40,000 nt of DNA from assembly GCF_023554255.2 (NCBI RefSeq), contig NZ_JAMJWD020000001.1, positions 796,755 through 836,754 on the forward strand, read 5' to 3'. Both the position numbers and the translations under genes were made by a program. Within the stretch, counting starts at the first letter, position 1, and the number at the start of each line of letters is the position of its first letter. Of this stretch, positions 16,747-24,100 are shown piece after piece. The notes beneath the pieces are model-generated. The model did no database searches and was not told the origin of the DNA. It saw only the letters and a list, made by a program, of their open reading frames with translations. The stretch is from Phyllobacterium sp. 21LDTY02-6 (GTDB taxonomy: Bacteria > Pseudomonadota > Alphaproteobacteria > Rhizobiales > Rhizobiaceae).

Positions 16747-16748
16747 TT
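16720..16748 (+). promoter_or_regulatory. PR-like early-right promoter candidate (possibly leaderless cro-like mRNA)
   Basis: TTGTCA (16720-16725), 17 nt, then TACATT (16743-16748). The ATG at 16755 is only 6 nt downstream and has no SD sequence. Confidence 0.45.
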
Positions 16749-16754
16749 GTCGGC

Positions 16755-16991
16755 ATGAGATGCGAACCCGCCCACACGATTATCAAGAAGTTCAATGGTT
16801 TGAAGCCAATTGCCCAGGCTGCAAATGTGACTGTCCATTCGGTCATGCGTTGGCGCTCTCCCAGGGAGCGCGGCGGTACTGGCGGCATCATTCCACATTG
16901 GCACATGCAAGCTCTCCTCGAAGCGGCGAGGGACAGAGGCATTGACCTCCAGCCATCGGATTTTCTTCCACAGCAGGATGAAGCAGCATGA
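16755..16991 (+). CDS. Cro/YdaS-like HTH regulator
   Basis: 78 aa. LKPIAQAANVTVHSVMRW (HTH) ... IPHWHMQALLEAA. Divergent from the repressor gene. Confidence 0.65.
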   Translation: MRCEPAHTIIKKFNGLKPIAQAANVTVHSVMRWRSPRERGGTGGIIPHWHMQALLEAARDRGIDLQPSDFLPQQDEAA

Positions 16992-17830
16992 GCGCCGAAG
17001 CCGAAATCAAACAGTTCATAGATCGCATCCTGCGCCTCAAAGAAGAGCAGGACACGCTTGGCGAGGATATCCGCGAGGTTTACGCGGAGGCCAAGGGCAG
17101 GGGCTATGACAAGACCGTCCTCGGCAACGTCGTCTCTCACCTGCGGAAGGTCGAGAAGCTCGGCCGGGAAACGCTCAGCGAGCGTGAAGCAATCTTCGAA
17201 ATGTACCTCAGTGCCTATGAGACTGGCGGTCGGGCGCACGCGCCTGCGCGTACGCGAGAAATCATTGAAGAATTTCCGGCCCAGGCGAAGCTCGTCGAGA
17301 CGGTAGCTGCCGGCTTGCAGACCGAAATCGGTCGCAAGGCTCTTATCGCGGCCGTCGATATCATGATTGAGCGCGACGAGCAGATCGACCCGGAAACGGG
17401 CGAGATTACCAATTCGCCCGAAATGGCGATCGAGTGCGCGGCACCTGAAAAGGACGCCGCAGCGGACGAACGGAATGTTGAAGCTACGGTGGAGCATCGT
17501 TCGTCCGCACCAATTTCCGAGACTACTCCTGACCCGCAGCCTCCAGTGGTTGCCGACGGCCAACCAGTACCAAGCTCTTCTCCCAACAGCGTAAAAAGCG
17601 ACCGGCCCGTGCCAGTCGTCGGTCAGGACCGCAAAGGCGGAACCATTGCGGGTCAAGAAGGGCAAGCCGTCAACAATTTCGAACCGCCAGCATTCCTGCA
17701 GCCGAAGGCCGCGAAAACAGCGTGCGATTACCGCCCGCACTGCCGGAAGCCAGACGCATGCGGGGCTTCCGGTCTCGCCCATTGCTATTCGTGCTCCATA
17801 TTGATGACAGCCTCGAGCGAGGTCGCGTGA
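16988..17830 (+). CDS. GapR/DUF2312-domain DNA-binding protein with long C-terminal extension
   Basis: N-terminus IKQFIDRILRLKEEQDTLGEDIREVYAEAKGRGYDKTVLGNVVSHLRK...FEMYLSAY parallels Caulobacter GapR (UPF0335). The C-terminus is Cys-rich: CDYRPHCRKPDACGASGLAHCYSCS. Confidence 0.8.
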   Translation: MSAEAEIKQFIDRILRLKEEQDTLGEDIREVYAEAKGRGYDKTVLGNVVSHLRKVEKLGRETLSEREAIFEMYLSAYETGGRAHAPARTREIIEEFPAQAKLVETVAAGLQTEIGRKALIAAVDIMIERDEQIDPETGEITNSPEMAIECAAPEKDAAADERNVEATVEHRSSAPISETTPDPQPPVVADGQPVPSSSPNSVKSDRPVPVVGQDRKGGTIAGQEGQAVNNFEPPAFLQPKAAKTACDYRPHCRKPDACGASGLAHCYSCSILMTASSEVA

Positions 17831-17947
17831 ATCATGCCGTGTCTGAATTTGTCGTATTTGCGGGAGTACCAAACTCGAGAGAGTAGTACGATCTATTGCC
17901 GAATCATCTTCCCGCAAAAGACAGCCGGTTGGTTCGGAGGATGCCTG

Positions 17948-18220
17948 TTACCTTTGCGACGTCAAATCCGGCTGCCTGTCCATTTCCGTATTGCTCGCCG
18001 TCGTCCCCACCTCCCACACGGCTTGAGCATAACTGACGGAGGAAGCCACGGCGTTGGCTTCCTCCGTCCTTTTTCTCGCGATCAGGGTGGACAAGACCGT
18101 CTGCGCGAGAAATCCGATTCTCTTCGTATCCCAGTCATCAGCTTCAAGATTGCAGTCTTGGCTGATGGTCTCTTTCACCTGTTTCGCGCCCTCCGTTCTG
18201 CTCAATGGCTGCTGCGTCAT
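17948..18220 (-). CDS. Possible antisense hypothetical gene (90 aa)
   Basis: It sits in a 412-nt gap between + strand genes. Its composition is more protein-like than the overlapping + ORF. Weak RBS. Confidence 0.3.
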   Translation of the reverse strand: MTQQPLSRTEGAKQVKETISQDCNLEADDWDTKRIGFLAQTVLSTLIARKRTEEANAVASSVSYAQAVWEVGTTASNTEMDRQPDLTSQR

Positions 18221-18242
18221 GCAAGCAACCTAGCCAAGGATT

Positions 18243-18680
18243 TTGAGCATGACGTGCAGAGAAACAGAGCATCTCGTACACAAATTAACCCCGGAGCCTA
18301 AGGTCGTGAGTAGCGCCGATGTTGCCAGCGGTTATGTGAACCGCATGATTGAAAGAGAAAGCCGAGGGTGGGGTGACATTGGCCCCGCCATGGATCGGCT
18401 GCAGTCCAGATACGGGCTTTCCCGCTGGACGCTCAACCATCTCAGAACCCGCAGGGCCAAGACGATCGATGCCGGAACCTTCCAGCGCATCCGCTCGGCC
18501 TATCTCGATTTTTGCGAACGCCAGATCGCAAATCTCTCACATGAACTCGAAGTCGAAAGGTCGGTGTATCCGGATGCTCATATGGAGGATTTTGAGCGCG
18601 AGGCTTCGCAGCTACTGGCGAAGGTTCGAGAAGCGAAGGAAGCAGCGCCGCGAAGAAAATATCCAGGGGGAGGGCGATAA
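18243..18680 (+). CDS. Hypothetical phage protein (145 aa)
   Basis: AAGGA RBS. Ordinary composition. Confidence 0.6.
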   Translation: MSMTCRETEHLVHKLTPEPKVVSSADVASGYVNRMIERESRGWGDIGPAMDRLQSRYGLSRWTLNHLRTRRAKTIDAGTFQRIRSAYLDFCERQIANLSHELEVERSVYPDAHMEDFEREASQLLAKVREAKEAAPRRKYPGGGR

Positions 18681-18683
18681 GAA

Positions 18684-18908
18684 ATGAACGGCTTCGGTAT
18701 CACCCCACGGCAGCGCCAGTTCCTCGACGCATTCACGGCATTCGAGAACACCAACGGCTATGCGCCCTCCTATGATGAGATGAAGGCTGCCCTCGGCGTA
18801 AAATCGAAAAGCGCCATTTCCAGCATCGTCGACGAACTCGAACAGCGTGGCTATCTCTGCCGGCTGCCAAACAGGTCCAGGTCCATCAAGCTTGCGGTGC
18901 AGCCATGA
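18684..18908 (+). CDS. LexA N-terminal (winged-helix) DNA-binding-domain-only protein
   Basis: 74 aa. ITPRQRQFLDAF...NGYAPSYDEMKAALGVKSKSAISSIVDELEQRGYLCRLPNRSRSIKL parallels the E. coli LexA N-terminal domain. No S24 domain. Confidence 0.65.
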   Translation: MNGFGITPRQRQFLDAFTAFENTNGYAPSYDEMKAALGVKSKSAISSIVDELEQRGYLCRLPNRSRSIKLAVQP

Positions 18909-18910
18909 GG

Positions 18911-19726
18911 CTATGCACTCCCCTCAATAGACTTCATCTTCTCAGCGAGGCTCGCATTGTAAATGCTGCCATCGGCCCCGGAATGAACTCGTCTGTGGCA
19001 GTTAGGGCAGAGCGCAATTACATGCCTCGGATCGTCAGGGCCGCCATCTGTCAGGCGTCGAATATGATGCGGCTCGAGATATGGAAGCTCGCTAGCTCTC
19101 AGAAACGGGGCGGGAGCTCCGCACCCTTCACAGTGTCCCTTGGCTCGTGCCACGACGTAATCCCGAACGTGGCGGCTACGCTCAAAAACGTTAGAGGTGG
19201 TTTGGGTTTTGCCTGGGCTTTCGTTTGCAGCAGCCATCGCCAGGGCTCGAAGAGCTGCAAGATCGAGTTCTGTCGTGACAGCCTTGGGAGAAACCACTTC
19301 CACGACCTCTGCGACGTTCTCGATCGGCCGCAATTCGAAAACAATCGCGTCGCGCAGATTGCCCTCGCGGTCAGGCGCTTGCTCAATATGGTGAGATTCG
19401 TAGACGAGCTCACCTTCAAAACGCAAACCGGCCTTTTCCTTTTTGAAGAGGAGAAGGCTTTTCCCGTCGGCCGAATGGTTCGCGATCGCTTTATTGCCGG
19501 CTCTCAGCGTCATGTCGCCGATCTGGCCTTCGCCGAAGTATTCGAACACTCCGTCGGCCCGCGTCCTGTCGGAATACCCGTGTTCAAGCCCTTCCTCGCC
19601 GGTAATGATAATCACAAGGGTGTGCTGTGCCGGCGTGATGATCCCGCCTTGCTGCTGGCCCCTAAAGCGCGCGTGAATATCCCCTCGACGATTATAAATC
19701 TTTCCGCGCTCAAAGCCCCAGCTCAT
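18911..19726 (-). CDS. SRA(YDG)-HNH modification-dependent (type IV) restriction endonuclease-like protein
   Basis: 271 aa. The N-terminus has GVFEYFGEGQIGDMTLRAGNKAIANH (SRA/YDG-like). The C-terminus has the HNH motif GHCEGCG...LEPHHIRRL...ALCPNCHRRVH. Antisense to the early-right operon. Confidence 0.75.
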   Translation of the reverse strand: MSWGFERGKIYNRRGDIHARFRGQQQGGIITPAQHTLVIIITGEEGLEHGYSDRTRADGVFEYFGEGQIGDMTLRAGNKAIANHSADGKSLLLFKKEKAGLRFEGELVYESHHIEQAPDREGNLRDAIVFELRPIENVAEVVEVVSPKAVTTELDLAALRALAMAAANESPGKTQTTSNVFERSRHVRDYVVARAKGHCEGCGAPAPFLRASELPYLEPHHIRRLTDGGPDDPRHVIALCPNCHRRVHSGADGSIYNASLAEKMKSIEGSA

Positions 19727-19800
19727 GCGCTCCCCCTTACATTTTCTACCTTGGCCCGACAGTCACATGGCGCCGATGAATTTTCAACGGGAGAGGCAGC

Positions 19801-19917
19801 ATGATCGAGTCTCAAGACGAACCCGTTAGCCCCATCACCATAGCTCTCGGCATTTTCCTTGTTGCGGTCGCCGCGGCTTGGATCGCTGCTCCCTGGATAT
19901 TCGGGAAGGGCTTCTGA
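19801..19917 (+). CDS. 38-aa membrane micro-protein
   Basis: GGGAGAGG RBS. MIESQDEPVSPITIALGIFLVAVAAAWIAAPWIFGKGF. TGATG overlap with the next gene. Confidence 0.45.
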   Translation: MIESQDEPVSPITIALGIFLVAVAAAWIAAPWIFGKGF

Positions 19918-20204
19918 TGGCGCGACTTAAATCCGCAAAGGAAAAATCAATGCACGAGATGAAAACCCCACACTACGTGGAGCCGTTCCTTGCGCGCATC
20001 CGCGGCGGCGCCGTTCTGGTCAGTCAGGCGCCCCAATCGGAGGAAGCGACGGCAAAGGGCGACGGCCACCTCTACTTCACCCACCCTGACGGAAGGCCCG
20101 TTGGAACAGCTTCTGCCGTCTATTGCATCCGAGAGGGGCTCGTCGTCCCCGAGGGCGACGATCTGTTCGGCGGATCGCAGACCTACAGGGCGGCGCTACC
20201 ATGA
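19917..20204 (+). CDS. Hypothetical phage protein (95 aa)
   Basis: Internal start MARLKSAKEK of the 19878..20204 ORF, coupled to its neighbours. Confidence 0.55.
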   Translation: MARLKSAKEKSMHEMKTPHYVEPFLARIRGGAVLVSQAPQSEEATAKGDGHLYFTHPDGRPVGTASAVYCIREGLVVPEGDDLFGGSQTYRAALP

Positions 20205-20407
20205 CCGAGAGGCTTTCAGCGAGGGAAATGACTGAAGAGCTATCGAAGCTGCTCTCCAGCAAGCTTGACTGGCTTTCACGGTTCTCAACAGGTCGAAACA
20301 AGCGCCCTGAGCACGAGCTGGATCGCGTTCGGCGCGAGCGCGATGTTCTCAGCCAGGCCGCACACGATTACCGCAGAGCGACAGAGCGGGAGAGGGGAGC
20401 GGCATGA
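20201..20407 (+). CDS. Hypothetical phage protein (68 aa)
   Basis: Internal start MTERLSAREM. ATGA overlap with the upstream gene. Confidence 0.5.
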   Translation: MTERLSAREMTEELSKLLSSKLDWLSRFSTGRNKRPEHELDRVRRERDVLSQAAHDYRRATERERGAA

Positions 20408-21006
20408 GCGAAAGGCCATTCATGCAGCTGTACGTTTCCGATTTCATCGGCGACACGCTGCACCTCAGCACGGAACAGATAGGAGCATACATGTTGCTCC
20501 TTATGGCCATGTGGAACGCCGACGGCAGCCTGCCTGACGAAGACGCGAAACTCGCTCGCGTCGTCCGCATGTCGGTCAAAAAATGGCGCTCCATCAGCGG
20601 CGATCTCTTGCCGTTCTTTGTGAAGGCGGACGGCAAAATCAGCCACAATCGTCTGACGAAAGAGCTTCAAAAAAGCGCGAGTAAAAGTCAATCGAGAGCT
20701 GCCGCCGGTGCCAAGGGTGGCGAAGCTAAAGCATTGAAAGATAAAGAACGGCACGTGGCAAATGCCAGCGTTTTGCCACAGCATCTTCCAGAAACCAGAG
20801 ACCATATAGAAAAACCTTCCGGTTTTTCAGGGCGCGCAGGCGCGCGAAAACCAAATGGATTTGTCCCAATTCGAAAATCGACAGACGCAGCACTTTCACT
20901 GATCCAGGAGCTCCAACAGCATGAACAATTCCGAGAAGATCGAAGCAACCAAGGCATTGACCAAGCTGTTCGGCAGTTTCCCGCAATCTCCCATGTCCGA
21001 CCCTGA
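20404..21006 (+). CDS. DUF1376 (YdaU-like) phage replication-associated protein
   Basis: MQLYVSDFIGDTLHLSTEQIGAYMLLLMAMWNADGSLPDEDAKLARV is the DUF1376 signature as I recall it. Confidence 0.75.
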   Translation: MSERPFMQLYVSDFIGDTLHLSTEQIGAYMLLLMAMWNADGSLPDEDAKLARVVRMSVKKWRSISGDLLPFFVKADGKISHNRLTKELQKSASKSQSRAAAGAKGGEAKALKDKERHVANASVLPQHLPETRDHIEKPSGFSGRAGARKPNGFVPIRKSTDAALSLIQELQQHEQFREDRSNQGIDQAVRQFPAISHVRP

Positions 21007-21223
21007 TCTGCAGCTTCGTGCCTATCTCGATGCCGTCGAGAGCTTCGAGTGCGTTGACGTTCTGGCAGCTGTCGAGCGTTTCCGGCAGGGCGAGGTGAAA
21101 GAGGTCAACAAGGCCTACTGCCCATCGACGGCTCAGCTCTGTGATGAGGTGCGGTACCGCAAGCAGATGCGGGAGATCATGGCTCGCGCCGGCGTAAAGC
21201 CTGGGACGCTTTTGGTGCAGTGA
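20921..21223 (+). CDS. Hypothetical phage protein (100 aa)
   Basis: AGGAG RBS at 20906-20910. Overlaps the DUF1376 ORF tail by 86 nt. Confidence 0.5.
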   Translation: MNNSEKIEATKALTKLFGSFPQSPMSDPDLQLRAYLDAVESFECVDVLAAVERFRQGEVKEVNKAYCPSTAQLCDEVRYRKQMREIMARAGVKPGTLLVQ

Positions 21224-21525
21224 TGGATACCGAAATTCAAGAACGAGCGAAACGGATCATAGCAGCGAGCCCAGCGTTGGCTCGTGAGATCGTTCGCCAG
21301 TTCAACCCGGCGCCGAAGAAGCTGACCGATCGCCAGCAACAGGCGCTGGACGCAGTGAAGGCATTCCAGACCGAGCATGGCCAGTCGCCGACGTTCAAGG
21401 AAGCGGCGGAGCTTCTCGGATGCTCGTCCACCGCGGCGTTCTACATGCTCCACCGCCTCGAAGAACGGGGACACATTGAGATCGAGCCGCATCAGCGCCG
21501 CTCGATCACCCTCAAAGCATCTTAA
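21220..21525 (+). CDS. Second LexA-N-like winged-helix DNA-binding protein
   Basis: 101 aa. LTDRQQQALDAVKAFQTEHGQSPTFKEAAELLGCSSTAAFYMLHRLEERGHIEIEPHQRRSITL parallels the LexA N-terminal domain. Confidence 0.6.
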   Translation: MMDTEIQERAKRIIAASPALAREIVRQFNPAPKKLTDRQQQALDAVKAFQTEHGQSPTFKEAAELLGCSSTAAFYMLHRLEERGHIEIEPHQRRSITLKAS

Positions 21526-21546
21526 TCGCATCATGAAGGACAAGCC

Positions 21547-22131
21547 ATGAAGGCGGGCATAGACAAAGACAAGCACTGGTACGTGGTGCGTACAACCGTG
21601 AAGGGTGAAGTGAAGGCTTTCGAGAGCATCCGTAAGGCCGGTTACGATGTCTATTTCCCGCGTCGGCGGGTTGAGGTGCAGCACAGGCGGACTAAGACGT
21701 ATGTTGTCAAGGAACAGCCGCTCATGCCTCGGTATCTCTTCGTGGGGCAGCCGAGGGTTAATCCTGACTTCTACCGGTTGCGCAACTGCGATTGTGTCGA
21801 GGGAGTGCTAGGAGTGGACGGCCGCCCAATCCGCGTTTCAGAAAAGAGCGTCGAGGAAATCTACATCGCCGAGATCGAAATGGATTTCGACGATACTCGC
21901 GCAGCACGTATTCATCGCAAGGAGGAACTGGCTTCCGCAAAGGAAAACGCTGCTAGGCAATTCCCATCAGGGCAGAGCGTTTTCGTAGTCGATCCTGCGA
22001 ATCCGTTCTCGAAACATGCCGGTGTGGTCCAGGAAGTCACTAGGGCGGGAAAGGTCAGAGCGCTGATCCAGCTCTTCGGCAGAATGACTCCGGTCGAGTT
22101 CGAAGCGAAACAGCTTTCGTCTGCGGCCTGA
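21547..22131 (+). CDS. NusG/RfaH-like transcription antiterminator (NGN + KOW)
   Basis: 194 aa. NGN-like region WYVVRTTVKGEVKAFESIRKAGYDVYFP and KOW-like region GQSVFVVDPANPFSKHAGVVQEV. Confidence 0.8.
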   Translation: MKAGIDKDKHWYVVRTTVKGEVKAFESIRKAGYDVYFPRRRVEVQHRRTKTYVVKEQPLMPRYLFVGQPRVNPDFYRLRNCDCVEGVLGVDGRPIRVSEKSVEEIYIAEIEMDFDDTRAARIHRKEELASAKENAARQFPSGQSVFVVDPANPFSKHAGVVQEVTRAGKVRALIQLFGRMTPVEFEAKQLSSAA

Positions 22132-22176
22132 CATCAAGTACTTTTGAGTATCGTTCGTCTCAAGGAGTGAGTCGCT

Positions 22177-23184
22177 TTGCAGTTTGAGTATACGGAGCCA
22201 CAAAGTGAACTTGAACGCATGTTTGGCGGCCATTATTCGATTAACTTGTTTGGTCCAATCAAGCTAGGCGATGACATCAGGTTCCAAGAGTTTCTAGCGC
22301 AATGCGCGCCACCGCCCAGAACGCCGGTGTACATCAATTCCACTGGCGGGGACGTTGAGACTGCGATCAAAATTGGCCAGCTCATACGCGGTGAGTGGTT
22401 TTCTACCCATATTGGAAGCTTCGTTCTTGATCACGACCGGCATCATGAACACTATGTTCCGCGGAAGCATATACCCGGTCGTTGTTTAAGCGCGGCTACG
22501 TTGATCTACCTTGGTGGACGGTTGAGATATTTTGACAACGACGCCAAGTTCGGAGTGCATCAGTTCTCGTTCAAAGACCCTGCCCCAGATCATGTTGGAC
22601 GTTCGCAAGTACTCTCCGCAAAGATTGCGCGCTTCATAGAGGACATGGGCATCACATCGGAGTTTCTGAATATCTCTACCGCTGCTCCGGGCGATAAGAT
22701 TAAGCTTCTGGAAGCGGATGAACTTGAGCGAATCGGGGTGGTTACTGGAGGTGAGACTGACGTCACGTGGAGCATGCAAGCGAGAAACAATACCCTCTAT
22801 ATTCGTGGCGAACGGGACTCATTGTATGGTCACCATAAGGTTATGCTTGGCCACACCCGGTCTGGAGGCTTCTACTTTCACGCAGTTATTGAAGCGCAAG
22901 GCCGCGAAGATGAACTGATCAGCTTTCCCGTAGTCGAGATCAATGTTGAAGCTAGTTCGAACAACATAGATATTTCTGAGCGCGCATTTCGCGCCGCGGT
23001 AGGGATATACGTTAATGTCTTTGCCAAACTCGAGCACAATGAAGCTGCAGTGATAGCTAATTCGATAGGTTTCGGAATTCAAATACGTGCGGCGCATGAT
23101 GCGGGTATGTTTTTGGGGATAGCACCCATGAAGACTGACAACGGAAAAGACCAGCTTCTAAGCTTCTACAACAATCTTCGGTGA
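22177..23184 (+). CDS. Orphan ClpP/crotonase-fold (COG3904/SppA-like) serine-protease-like protein with unknown C-terminal domain
   Basis: 335 aa. TTG start 9 nt after AAGGAG. VYINSTGGDVETAIKIGQLIR ... CLSAATLIYLGGRLRY ... FGVHQF aligns by eye with the ClpP INSPGG / Ser / His motifs. AT-richer than its flanks. Confidence 0.65.
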   Translation: MQFEYTEPQSELERMFGGHYSINLFGPIKLGDDIRFQEFLAQCAPPPRTPVYINSTGGDVETAIKIGQLIRGEWFSTHIGSFVLDHDRHHEHYVPRKHIPGRCLSAATLIYLGGRLRYFDNDAKFGVHQFSFKDPAPDHVGRSQVLSAKIARFIEDMGITSEFLNISTAAPGDKIKLLEADELERIGVVTGGETDVTWSMQARNNTLYIRGERDSLYGHHKVMLGHTRSGGFYFHAVIEAQGREDELISFPVVEINVEASSNNIDISERAFRAAVGIYVNVFAKLEHNEAAVIANSIGFGIQIRAAHDAGMFLGIAPMKTDNGKDQLLSFYNNLR

Positions 23185-23227
23185 ACTATTTATGAAAATA
23201 TACCGTTTCATCGGACTTAGATCAGGC

Positions 23228-23312
23228 TATACGCGCATGTAGGATGATTTGATGTTCAGCGCGGACCTTTGGACAGGGGACACTCGCCGGTCAAACCCAA
23301 CTTAAGCAGCAG
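23228..23312 (+). repeat. 85-bp direct repeat, copy R1
   Basis: TATACGCGCATG...AAGCAGCAG. 79/85 identical to 23976-24060 by hand alignment. Confidence 0.85.
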
Positions 23313-23523
23313 ACGAAGTGGCTTCAACAAAGGACAATACTGCTTGGCAGTTCCCGGCGCGTAGAGCGTTTTTGTAGTGATCCGCCAAATCCGTTCTAAG
23401 AACACACAGGCGTGGTTCAGGAAGTAACAAAAGCGGGAAAGGTCAGGGTGACCTCTCATGGAATTGTTTGGCCGGATGACACCAGTTGAATTCAGCGTTA
23501 AACTGTTAGTTTCCGCGGTATAG
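23275..23523 (+). pseudogene. Decayed duplicate of the 3' ~80 codons of the NusG-like gene
   Basis: Nucleotide similarity to 21890-22131. Conceptual translation retains DTR..AS.K.N.A.QFP..SVFVV..LFGRMTPVEF but has several stops and a frameshift. Confidence 0.75.
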
Positions 23524-23532
23524 GATCAGCGA

Positions 23533-23949
23533 TTGGCAGAAATATATCAATCAGCGGCATCACTTAATGTCTCGAGCGACGAACTTGAGATCGCACACGT
23601 TAGTCATCTTCTCGAAGCTGAGCCTGACTTAGCGTACGAGAAGGGGAAAGAACGTGTCTTGCCGAATGGAAATAGAATAATTGCGCACACTGGCCTTTGG
23701 TCCAGAAGCGCAGAATACAGAATACCCGGTGACCTCGACGGACAGATCGCTGAACTATTCACACCGCTTAGCCAGGATCTTGATCACTGGCTCGACGTGT
23801 CATCTCGGTACAGAATACGCATATTCTGCGGACTCTGGTTAAAGGGCAAAAACGAGGGCATAGACCTTGACCCCCAAACACTGATCGAAGTGGCACTGCG
23901 AAACGCCTCTATCGAATTTGACATCTACAACGGCGTTCAACGAAAATAA
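23533..23949 (+). CDS. DUF4279-like protein (138 aa)
   Basis: TTG start after AGGA. TGLWSRS...YRIRIFCGLWLKGKNEGIDLDPQTLIEVALRNASIEFDIY resembles the DUF4279 pattern from memory. Confidence 0.55.
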   Translation: MAEIYQSAASLNVSSDELEIAHVSHLLEAEPDLAYEKGKERVLPNGNRIIAHTGLWSRSAEYRIPGDLDGQIAELFTPLSQDLDHWLDVSSRYRIRIFCGLWLKGKNEGIDLDPQTLIEVALRNASIEFDIYNGVQRK

Positions 23950-23975
23950 TCCTTCACATAGGAAGAAAATCAGTT

Positions 23976-24060
23976 TATACGCGCATGCAGGATGATTTGA
24001 TGTTCAGCGCGGACCTTTGGACAGGGAATACTCGCCGGTCAAACCCAGCCCAAGCAGCAG
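23976..24060 (+). repeat. 85-bp direct repeat, copy R2
   Basis: See R1. Together they flank the DUF4279-like cassette. Confidence 0.85.
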
Positions 24061-24100
24061 CTTGAGGCAGATGGAGGTTTATTCCTCAAATTCAGTTTCA

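Noticed and set aside
16697-17917. 406-aa minus-strand ORF
   Set aside because: It is antisense to the Cro-like and GapR-like genes, which have clear family signatures and operon logic. The composition is junk-like.
18905-19804. 299-aa plus-strand ORF
   Set aside because: It is antisense to the SRA-HNH gene, whose HNH motif is unambiguous. No motifs and no RBS.
23256-23459. 67-aa minus-strand ORF
   Set aside because: It lies entirely within the decayed duplicate of the NusG-like 3' end, so it is most simply a chance ORF in pseudogene DNA.
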